DNA of 64,000 bases from Chrysomallon squamiferum (Eukaryota > Animalia > Mollusca): contig CM022672.1 of NCBI GenBank assembly GCA_012295275.1, forward strand, positions 19,282,001 through 19,346,000, written 5' to 3'. Position 1 is the stretch's first letter. Every line of letters begins with the position of its first letter. The translations under genes and the position numbers were made by a program. Below the pieces are notes generated by a model, which was not told the origin of the DNA, did not search any database, and worked only from the letters and a program-made list of their open reading frames with translations. This document shows, piece after piece, positions 49,478 through 60,317 of the stretch.

Positions 49478-49931
49478 CACAAAATATGACCTGTGAATAA
49501 AGAGATGGTGGATGGCAACCTTTAGTTGCCTTAAATCCGGAAGCATTTACGAGTTGTCTGCCCTTGATTTGGAAAAATGCATTAAACTCAAAACTCGAGT
49601 TGTGAAGCACTAATCAGGCAATATGCAAGTACTTGAAGTAAGTTTCTAGAAAAGAATGATCAAAAGCTATTGTTTCCATTTATGTCAAACAGTTTTTAAA
49701 TACGGTAATGTTTCATAAATATCTTTTGTCAGTAAGTGTTTCGGTGTTGATGAAAGAGCGAAATGAGAGTCAAATAGGAATACATACGCGAAACCCTCGA
49801 AACGGATAATTAGTTACTATCCAACCAACTATTATACAGTAATATTATTTATTGCAGACAATGGGGTATTAATTTCCAAAGACCGTAAATTAAAACTGAT
49901 ATTGTACATATAACATTTTATTAATTTTACT

Positions 49932-49964
49932 TGACGTCACAAATAACTCATCGCCATGACGTCA
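49932..49964. promoter_or_regulatory. Two palindromic CRE sites in the putative first intron of the zinc-finger gene
   Basis: TGACGTCA at 49932-49939 and 49957-49964. Confidence 0.45.
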
Positions 49965-50874
49965 CCCGTTGTTACGGATTCGTTTTTGAATGGTCTCTCG
50001 TAACAGTTTAAAGATGGTAGATATATTTTTATTCTCAGTACGAAAAAATGCAACATCGGTTAAATTTTTGTTAATAAATATTATTAAAACGTAAATGAGA
50101 TTTGAAATAAAATAACTCAGTGTTAGTTCCTAAATACATGAAAAAAAAAAAAATCCCACGCATAACTTTTAGTATGTTAATTTGAGAACTTCAAACATTC
50201 AAGAATATACTATCTTAATTTTTATTTATGTTTTTATTGAAAGTTAGAAATTATATTATTTCATTATCATTATAGGTGAGGAAATAAGAGAAATATTCAT
50301 TTATTTTACAAAAAAATGGAAAAGAAAATATATTACTATTTATTATGAACAGCATGTCAGATTTTGAAGTTCAGAATTAGCATAGACATCATGTTAATTC
50401 AAAATGGTTTTTAAAAAAAGAAGACAAAAATGAATATATTTTATCAGACGTACATTTTCTTGGAATATAAAAATGATAGTGATTGTGGTTAATATTTAAA
50501 CTATATAATGAAAATACATAAATTCTCTTTAAAACATTTATTTATTTTTTAATTTAATAATTAAAAATATATGACACAATTTTAGATAAAATATCTACTA
50601 AACTATCTCTAAAAAGACCTAAAATTAAATTGGTCTTTAAAATTAAATTATTTTAATTTTTTATTATTATTATTATTTATTTATTTCTTTGCTTCTGTTT
50701 TAAAAGTTGTGAGAAAATAAATTTAGTGTGTCTTTTTGCCTTTTTCAGTTTATTCATGAAGATTACAAAAACAGTTGATTCAAACATCATCATCTTCATC
50801 TAACAGAAGTCTACGAAATCAAAACTGAAATAATAACAATAATAAAAACTAAAAAAAAAAAAAAAAATCTCACA

Positions 50875-53800
50875 ATGACATCTGATAATCAGTTATCATA
50901 TAAAGCATCCAAAGATGCTCACAAAAATCGCTGCACTTACAGCTGTGGTAACTGTGGCGTCAGTTATTCGACAGAACTGTCTGTAATGCTTCACATAGCA
51001 AATGCTCACCCTGACAGTCTTTCATCGTTGCGTGTTGTCAGGGAAGTCACCTCAATCTTTCGATGTCGTCTGTGCGACGACGAGTTCACCTATCTGTCTG
51101 ATTTCAACAGCCACATGACCGTTCACGGACCTCGAAATAAGACAACAATTCCTATCATTGCTGAGCGGATACAGGTTACGAAACAGACTGCATCACCTCC
51201 AAAGCCTGGCAAACTGATGAATGTAAAGAAAACATTGTCAAACAAAACTGTATCGTCTGCTGCAGTTCCCACTGTTCCAGTGCATACCAGATGTTTTACC
51301 TGTGGGATAAAGTTCACTGAATTCTCAGGTTTTACAGCTCTTGACTCTGTTAATTTTTGTATATTACCAACGCCAGAATGTACCGTCTGCAAAGAGGTTT
51401 TTACTTCTGTTGAAGAACTTACAGAACACAATAAGAAACACAACAGTTCTGGTAATGAACGAAGCAAAACAAGAGGTCCTGATGTACAAGAAAATATGGC
51501 ACCAGTGAAACTATTGAAAATTGAAGAAAATGCTAACCAGCAGTTCAAGCTGTACACATGCTCTGCCTGTAATGTGAAGTTTTCTAATAATATCACCAAG
51601 ACAAAAAAGATGCTTATTACCTGTGGAAATCCAGAATCGTCAGTAGCATATGGTGTTCCATTAAATGGTCCAGTTTTTGAGGCTGTTTTATCTGAAGTCG
51701 GAGAGCTTGACAAACCTTCAAAAAGGCAGCATGATAGTTCAGTGACGAATTCAGAATCAGCTGCTGAGACAGGAAATCGAAACATGGACAACATGAAAGT
51801 TCAGCGTCCAACTGTCATAATGGAGAAAGCTTCTGTTTTATCAGAACTCCTTAAAAGAGCAAGACGAACGTCTTCTCAAAGAAATGGTAAACATTCAGCA
51901 GAGACTTTTCAGAAAAGTGACAACAGTGGCAATGTTATGTCTGGTATTTTGCCAGACGGCAGTGAGTTTGTCATTATAAAAACAGAGCCTTCTGACATTG
52001 ATCCTAAAATAACAGACACTGTTTCTAAGATCAAAACATTAAATAGATCAATAAAAGTGAAGACTGAACCCAAGGAAAGTGCATCAGATGATGCATGTGT
52101 TAACAAAGGTTTCTCAGACATGCCACTGGCGGTGACTGTGAAACCTGATCCTGAGGCTGACTCAGCAGAGGTAATAAATAACAACATTTCTTGCTTAGAA
52201 GATGAACAGTCCAGTAGAAACAATGGAAATGAATGTAAAGACAAAACAGATGAAATACAGCCAATGAAAAGCTTGAAACATAAAGTGACTAGCAGTAAGG
52301 AGTCAAAGACATTTGATTCTGAAAGTCACAATGGATCAAGAAAAAATGTAATCACCAGATCTATGTCAAGGAAGAAACAGTTTGAATCAAACATTCCACT
52401 GACATCAGTGATTACCAGAAATCATAACAAGAAGCTTAATCGTCGCAGCAGACATGGTCGGATATTGATGAAGCAGAGAGAAGACAAACAAGAAAAGAAT
52501 GAATCTGTAATGGATAATCTTTTTTCTCATGATATATCTTTGGAAGGCATTGGAAGTCTACAGCTAAGTGAAAATTCTGAGTTAAACCAGAGAGTCACAT
52601 CTGGTGATCTTGATAAACTTTTAAATATTGAAAGACCTTTTTTGTTTGATAAAACTCCTGAATGTAAGGAAGAAGAGCAAGGGATGTTAGTTATCAAAAC
52701 TGAGCCAATGTCTCCAGTGATGGAGAGTCAACATGAAACAAATATAGATAATGAGAACAAAATAAATATCGGTCAGCATACAGAGAAGAAAGATCTTGAA
52801 GACAATGAAACAGATAACAAGGAATACATTTTGAAAACACAGTCATGTACTTCAGATAACAGAACTCTGAACGGAAATTGCATAACAGATGAATCAGCTT
52901 TACTTCAGACTATAAAAATAGAGCCAGACTGTGAGAAGTGGACCAGTGAAAACAGCTCAGTGACAGAACCTCCTGAGTCAAGACCTAGAAGAGACGAGGA
53001 TTCTGATTATCAGGCCATTTCACAGCTGGAGATAGTAAATGTTAAAACTGAAGAAGAAACCAGAATAACAGATTTACCTCAGCTACATGAAATTAAGAAA
53101 GAAAAAGAAGATCTGTCCTATGAAAAGTGTGCTAGTCAGTTTCCAGGAATTGTTCCTGATTCTGATTCCAGTGATGGTGAATTACAAGATTCTAGGGATC
53201 CCAATCTATACTCTGTATCCCAGGTTAAACAGGAGCTGGACAGCTCGGAACATCTGCTGAGAATTAAACGTGATCTCTTCTGCAAGAAAGGACATAAAAG
53301 GAAATATGATGATGAAACCTCTGAAAGTGAAACTAATATTGACTCACCTTACTTTACAAACCCTATTCAAAATTTAGAGTTAAAAACTGAAGCAGATGCA
53401 GGTTATGACCCTCCAAAGCCTGTTGAGCGCATATTTGTACCACAGTCAATGCTTGGCGTGCAGCGAATGCAGCTTAATGATGTTCTGAACAGTGCCAAAC
53501 AAAAACACGTCACAAGTGGATCAGACCTCATAGATCTGCTGAATGCCAAAACTGTCCCATTACCCACCACTCAAAAAACTCGCTGGCGAAGGAATTATAA
53601 AAAACGAATATCTGATTTAATTGCAGGTAAAGAAATGACAATAGAACACAGAGCCCCAGTGAAGAGATATCCAAACATTTCAACCCGAAGACAAAGATCA
53701 AGTAAGCATAGTTACTATGGACGGAAGATAGCAGAACTTACAGCACTGAACAGACAGATTGAGATTCCTCTGAAAGAAAAAGAAAAAACAGTTTGTTCTG

Positions 53801-54432
53801 GTGTCAAAGCTGCAGAAAATGAAGCAAAAACTTGTCAGTCAAATGTGGTGAAGAAAAAATCAGATTCACTACCAACGAAAAGGAGAAACTTCTATGAAAA
53901 AAGAATAGCAGAGCTACGAGCGTTTGAAGATATTACTATTTTAGAATCGGAAACAATATCGCTGAAGGTGACAAATAATTCTCAGACTGAAAATTTTGAT
54001 GAAAGTGATGATAGAAAGCAACATGCAGACTACAAAAAACGATTAGCAGACCTCAACCTGAAGCTGAAGGCCATTCGAGAAAGTCAGAGAATGAAATTGA
54101 AGTCAAAATCAACAAATCAAGATAACTCACCTTGTCCCACTTGCAAAGGAGTCTTTGCTGATCAGGACGCTACAATCGAGCACATGAGGAAAGTACATGG
54201 CATTAAAGTGGTGTACAAATGTGATTTCTGTTCCAAGATGTTTGAGAATAAAGTGGACAAAGTACAGCATCAGTTCGTTCATATTGAAGAAACAAAGATG
54301 GCAGCCTACAAGATGCTACAATCAGAACAGTTCAAATGTAACATATGCAACACAATCTTTCTCTTTTCCCAGTCTCTGGTTGAACATTTCAGAAAGTTTC
54401 ATTCTGAAGATCAAATTGAAACAAGCAGCTGA
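50875..54432 (+). CDS. C2H2 zinc-finger protein, 1185 aa, single coding exon
   Basis: N-terminal fingers (CGNC..HIANAH, CRLC..HMTVH, CTVC..HNKKH) and three C-terminal fingers (CPTC, CDFC, CNIC) flank a long low-complexity linker. A likely 5'UTR intron runs from the GTAAGT donor at 49638 to the tttttcag acceptor at 50748. Confidence 0.92.
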   Translation: MTSDNQLSYKASKDAHKNRCTYSCGNCGVSYSTELSVMLHIANAHPDSLSSLRVVREVTSIFRCRLCDDEFTYLSDFNSHMTVHGPRNKTTIPIIAERIQVTKQTASPPKPGKLMNVKKTLSNKTVSSAAVPTVPVHTRCFTCGIKFTEFSGFTALDSVNFCILPTPECTVCKEVFTSVEELTEHNKKHNSSGNERSKTRGPDVQENMAPVKLLKIEENANQQFKLYTCSACNVKFSNNITKTKKMLITCGNPESSVAYGVPLNGPVFEAVLSEVGELDKPSKRQHDSSVTNSESAAETGNRNMDNMKVQRPTVIMEKASVLSELLKRARRTSSQRNGKHSAETFQKSDNSGNVMSGILPDGSEFVIIKTEPSDIDPKITDTVSKIKTLNRSIKVKTEPKESASDDACVNKGFSDMPLAVTVKPDPEADSAEVINNNISCLEDEQSSRNNGNECKDKTDEIQPMKSLKHKVTSSKESKTFDSESHNGSRKNVITRSMSRKKQFESNIPLTSVITRNHNKKLNRRSRHGRILMKQREDKQEKNESVMDNLFSHDISLEGIGSLQLSENSELNQRVTSGDLDKLLNIERPFLFDKTPECKEEEQGMLVIKTEPMSPVMESQHETNIDNENKINIGQHTEKKDLEDNETDNKEYILKTQSCTSDNRTLNGNCITDESALLQTIKIEPDCEKWTSENSSVTEPPESRPRRDEDSDYQAISQLEIVNVKTEEETRITDLPQLHEIKKEKEDLSYEKCASQFPGIVPDSDSSDGELQDSRDPNLYSVSQVKQELDSSEHLLRIKRDLFCKKGHKRKYDDETSESETNIDSPYFTNPIQNLELKTEADAGYDPPKPVERIFVPQSMLGVQRMQLNDVLNSAKQKHVTSGSDLIDLLNAKTVPLPTTQKTRWRRNYKKRISDLIAGKEMTIEHRAPVKRYPNISTRRQRSSKHSYYGRKIAELTALNRQIEIPLKEKEKTVCSGVKAAENEAKTCQSNVVKKKSDSLPTKRRNFYEKRIAELRAFEDITILESETISLKVTNNSQTENFDESDDRKQHADYKKRLADLNLKLKAIRESQRMKLKSKSTNQDNSPCPTCKGVFADQDATIEHMRKVHGIKVVYKCDFCSKMFENKVDKVQHQFVHIEETKMAAYKMLQSEQFKCNICNTIFLFSQSLVEHFRKFHSEDQIETSS

Positions 54433-56732
54433 TGTTTACTGGCAAAGTTTAGCTTTTGTATTTTTATTATTATTTTGTTATTTGGTTTTGCTTTAAATTT
54501 TAAATCATTATCCACAATTCAGGATCCATTGAAACATTATAATAATGGGGAAGTTTATCAAAATGTGATGTACATTTTTTTAATTCCATGCAGATAGGTA
54601 TTTACAGATTAAATATTGTTTTAAACAAATAGTAAAAAAAATGGAAATAATATTTTGCAAATCATGAAGTGCATCTACATTGTAAAAATTAAAAGGAATT
54701 AGAAGAATATATGCTTATATGTACATTTGTGGGTATAATATTTTTAATGCAGAATTAATCATCATTTTTTAAATTCATATTTCTGAATTTATGAATAATA
54801 CAATCAAGAAAAAACGTAGCTTTTCATTTATTTTAAAGGAAATTGATAGAATTATTTTCTTCTATGTTGTGCTTTTATTAAACATGCAATCAATCATTCA
54901 TTTATCATCATTCATCCATCCATCCATTGCTGGCCATAAATTTACATGTAAGATTAGGATTTATAAACACATAATCAGATGTTACTGAAGAAATAATATT
55001 TTTAGGTTTTGTTTTGCTTAATAATAATAATAATCACTGTAGTATGTTGATTAACTTTCTGTTGTCAGCAGTGGGATTTATATTTTGTCTCTTGACATGA
55101 AGAGAAAATATGTTGTAATTTTTCAGTAGTAGGGATTTTTTTTTCTACTTCCACAAACACGACACAACATACCACAGCCTTTAATAAAGCAATTGAAGGC
55201 AAGATTAATCTAAGAGCAAAAGTAGCACATGTTGTAGATCCTGCACTAAAAATATTTTCATCTGAGAATCTGACGAGACTGTTTTCATGTCAGAGGAGTT
55301 AGATGCTGCAGTGTCACTAAGAAATAAAATGAAGTGAATGAATAATTTTGGACAAATTTGACTTCACTGAAGATAAGTGTATGTTAGACTGAAAAAAATT
55401 TGTGTAAAAATGTGGCGTAACATTAAAAGACTGTTGTAATGTGATTTCATATGAGATGAACTGGGGGATGTTTTGGACATGATATATGCTTCCTGTTTTT
55501 TCTTTATTTTTCTGATTTCAATTTACTGCTCCTTTATAGCATGCCAGATTCCCCATGCTGGCTTAAATCTAGCCTTGACCAGTCATGAGATTACTATCTA
55601 AGCTATAAAAATAAAATAAAAAGATTCTTAAAGAATGTAATAGAGAATCAAGATGGGTTAATATGTTATAATAAGAAAAGGAATAAAATGTCTACAATCT
55701 AATTTAAATTTATTATTATAAAATATATATATATATTATTTGAAATTTAAAAAAGTTAGATTAAATAATAATAATAATAAAATTATTACTTTATTAGTGA
55801 TAAATAAATTTATGATAAGCTAGTCTGAAATTTTGTAACAAACAAAAGGTGATTTTAAAAAAAGGGCATGGAAAAGCTAGAGATTAATTGTCAAATTTTG
55901 TAGATATTATTATTAGTAGTATTATTATTTAATATTAAAAATGATGTTTTTTTTACTAACATGTTTGCTGTAGACAGATGTTTGACAAAGTTTATTTTGT
56001 TTTGTTCATATTACTAATCATCAGTATCCAGCATAAAATGGTTCTCAAGGAAAAATGTAATCTATTTTTTATGATGAGATGCAGATGTACTCTATCTTAA
56101 TATCTCTCATCTTAAATTTATATTGTTGATATGATATCACAAGTAAAAAACAAAGGAAAATGGCTATTTCATTATTTTTCTTAAATGATTAAGACTGATA
56201 GGTAAATATGCTGTTGTAAATAAATAAATAAATAAATAAAATGTACATATAAAACAACCCATTTAAAGATTAATATGCAGTTTGAACTGACCATTAGTAT
56301 TTGTAATTTCAATAAACACAAACACACGTGCATGCACACACACACACACACACACACTCAGATTTTTCTTGTGAATCAGTTACCAATAATTGCTAATGTA
56401 TTGAAATTTTGTATAGTTTCATTATAATTTGGCAACTTTTGACATTAATGTTGTAAATATTATCTACATTCTGTACAACTGATTTAAATTCATTTAAGTA
56501 GATTAGAAGTATTATCTTTATATTTGTTGTCTAACTAACATGTTAAAGCCTCATGGCTTGACCAAGTGACCACAATTGCCACGATTGACAATTAGACTGT
56601 GGCAGATATGAAATTTGCTGTTTATACTTGACATTCCCCCCCCACCCCATTACTAGCCACCACTCTTCACAAATAAATTTGTGTTCATCACTTGTTAATT
56701 TGTCAACCTACTTTCTTACTTAGGTGTGTGGT

Positions 56733-56768
<36 letters not shown>

Positions 56769-59700
56769 AAAAATCTGTGATAAATACTGGAAGTTAAAGT
56801 GTACAACAAGAAGGAAGTAATTATCACTTAACAGAGAGCAGAAATGTTAGTTGAATAAATTAAATATTTATAAAAAAAAAAATAATAATAATAATAAAAT
56901 AAATTTAAAATTACAGTAATATGCTGGATTAAGTGATTGTAGAATTTAGTTTAATATGACTAAATTTTAAAAATTTAAATAATAGGATTTTCAATCATTT
57001 CTCTTTTTTTTTTTTTTCCTTCTAATTTAATATTTAATAATAATTACATAATTATTACAAGTATTTTTTTATACTGAAGGTACTTCATTAATTTTTTATT
57101 ATAATCAGAGTAGACAAATCTGTTACTATTCACAAGCAGAAAATCAGCCATGACACTTTCAGATGAAACTGACACCTACTGTTACAAACAATAAAATGTA
57201 ACAAACACTTTTTATTTTTAATTTGTTTACAACACAGCATTTTCTGTCAGCTTACTGTTACACTTCATAACTTTTATTTAATTATCATTGGGTTTCTGTT
57301 TTTGTTGTTTATGTTGTTGTTTTATCAGTCTAATTTTTCAGTTCGTGTATATGGTATGGTAAAGATTCTTTATCTGTGGTGGTAATGGAAGAGAGGTTGC
57401 TATGTCCCCCATGCTTCTGTGTAGGTTTCTGTGACAGATATGTAGTGAGAATAATGTAATAACGAAATAACTGATTGTAAAAGATGTTTACCAATGACAG
57501 AGTGTTAACCCTCGGTTAAGCCCCAAAGAACAAAACACACATATTACTTACTAACTTCATGGTTGATGTTGACTAGAATGTTTCTTAATGGTTTTTTAAA
57601 CACAAATAATAATTTAACATGACTTTTCACCTTTGTTTCAGTTTTAGACTGATAATGTGAATTAGTCATTTATGTTTTCATTACTGATATATTTTTCTTC
57701 CAACGCAAATCAAATGAATGGATATTTTTAACTGATGTTTGTTGTTTTTTTTTAATTTTGATTTCTTTCAGAATATTAGTTTTTCATTATTGTAATCAGT
57801 TTGTAAGGAAAGGTTCAATGTAGTAATTTTTTAGAAGAAAAAAATTAGACTTTTATTATTGTTAGTAACAATGTTTATTGTTCTAGTTGTTAATAATGTT
57901 TATGTAGTATGAATTGGTTTAAAAATGTAATTTCTGTTACAGTATTAAGAAAAACAGAAAAATGACTGGGTTCCTAGAGGTTACATAGGTAGAACAATAA
58001 ACAGCAATATTTTGATAAAGTATATGAAGTAAATATTTAGATATTCTGATTGTAATGAAAAAGAGAGATTTCAAATTAATGTCATAGATACATATATACT
58101 ACAGTCCACAACTGGAAATACATTAATATTAACACTGAAATTGTCTTGACCTTATTTTTGCAATCATTCTGCTAAAGTTATCTTGTTAATTTCAAAGGCT
58201 GTGTATAATTATATAAATGTATTTGCAATGAACTGGATAAAATATTCATTTTGTTTGCCTTTGTGCCTCATTATTAATTATAACAAACATGTTTAATAAA
58301 AATTATATAAAATATGAATGGCCTTCATTTTTTTTATATATTTAATTTAACCACATATGTGAATTAGTAATTGTTGATAAATTTATTAATTTAAATTTTT
58401 ATTACTTTATGGCTTAGCACGTTTTCCCGGTGTCATTTATTTATTTGTTTTTTATTATGTATTATTACTTTTTCTGAAATATTTTTCAAAATCTAACATT
58501 GGCAAATTACAGATTTAGAAATTTTATGTCAGGTGTCATGTATATTAGTGTGTGTAGATCTTGTTCAGTCTTTCGTATCTTATCATAATAAAATCATGTA
58601 TCTGCAAATTTGGTGTATTTTATTAATAATCGGTTAGTATCCTATAACCTCATTCATTATGTTTTGAGATATTCAGATGAAATTAATTTGGAGAAAATTT
58701 CATTATAGGCTAATTTGGAAAAAAATTATTTTTTTTTTATTTTTTTTTTTTTTTCAGAAATACTTTTTATTTTGAAATTATTGGTATAGGTCTTTCTTTC
58801 TTTAATTTTTTTTTTTTTCATTTTTAAATGACTTTAAAGAAATAAGGGAATTTTTACTTTTATTATTATTGTTATTTTTATAATAGACACTTTAAAAAAA
58901 AAAATGACACGTATTCCTTTGGAATATATGAATGACTAAAAATATCAGTTTTAACTGTGGTGTGAGACACATTAAATTATACAGTAAGTGAATTAGAGTT
59001 ACCGTTCTTTGAACATATCGAAGATGTGAGTTGGGTGCTCGGTATTCATCTGTCAAAACAATTGGTGTAATTTATTTGTCATTGTTTTTAACCATGACAT
59101 TAATCACCAAAACGGTTGTGTACCTGATAGAAGAAGAAACTGCATGTGAAGAGGTATAGTACAATTTTGGTCTGATTTTGAATCCCCAAATGTATGTAAA
59201 TTTGTCATGATGGTGATTTGAGGCTCGCCAAGCAGTTGTTCATGTATCAGCTTATGCTTAGTTTCGAGTTCATAAAGATATGTATATTACTATTATTTTT
59301 TTATCATTATGTTTCACATTCATTTCTAACACTGCAAAATCCTTAAAAAATTAAAAATCTGACTCGGTCTTTCACCTCATAAGATGTTAAATTATCAGTC
59401 TTCTATTCAGTATTCTTAAGATGTTTAATCCTAATGTTTGTGTTACAGCGTGTGTAAAACACGTTCATGTTTGAAGCTGTTCCACTTCTGAAATTTATTC
59501 TGTTCACATTTATCACATTATTATAAATTCCAGTTTGTAGTTATTTATTTAGACCATAATAAACAAGAATCTAATTAATTATTTTGGAAAATTAATGAAA
59601 ACAAAATATAGATTTTAGCAATACTGTTTGCCTTTAAAAAGATGTTTATAATATTGTTAATATCTGTCTGTCTGCTTAAGGTATATAACTAAAACGTCAA

Positions 59701-60317
59701 AATGCCAAAAATGACTGAAGTATGAATTTTCTTGAAAAAAATAATTATCAGAAATACATCTGAAGTAATTATAGTAAATTTAATTAATAAAAACAGTAAT
59801 TTAGGATTGTTAATGTTTTTGGATTTATGAAAAAGCAATAATGGCTAGTTTTATTCATTATAAAAATATTTGTATATTTGCAGTGTTAAGTTTCCTAATA
59901 GTATTCAAGTACTTTCTTTTTTTTTCTTTTCTTTTGACATCATTATGATCATAATAATTATTTTTATAGCAGATATTTGTTGTTTTGTTTTTGTTTTTGT
60001 TGTCTTTCTTTTTTTTTTATAATTAGCAGAAATAGAAAATAACAAATGTAATAATTTCTATTACATTAAAATTCCCATTTTATATTATTTTTTATTTATT
60101 TTATTATTATTATTATTTTATTTTATATTATTGTTGTTTTTTAACAGTTTACAAATATCTGTAATAACATGATATAGTTATTATTTATTTTTATTTTTAG
60201 CTGCGGAATGAAGATTCCCCTGCCTTCTAAATATAAAATTAATGAATACAAAAGTAGAAAAGGGAAAAACAGATTATTTACCTATACTCTAAGTACGGTT
60301 AAGAAAATCGGAACAAA

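Noticed and set aside
51123-52244. Antisense ORFs (223 aa, 111 aa) over the zinc-finger CDS, and similar ones over KIFAP3, FKBP-TPR and WDR47
   Set aside because: These are shadow ORFs of real coding sequence, with no independent signals.
55270-55300. CTGACGA-GAC...GTC hammerhead-like core
   Set aside because: AGAG follows stem II instead of GAAA, and stems I and III cannot be formed.
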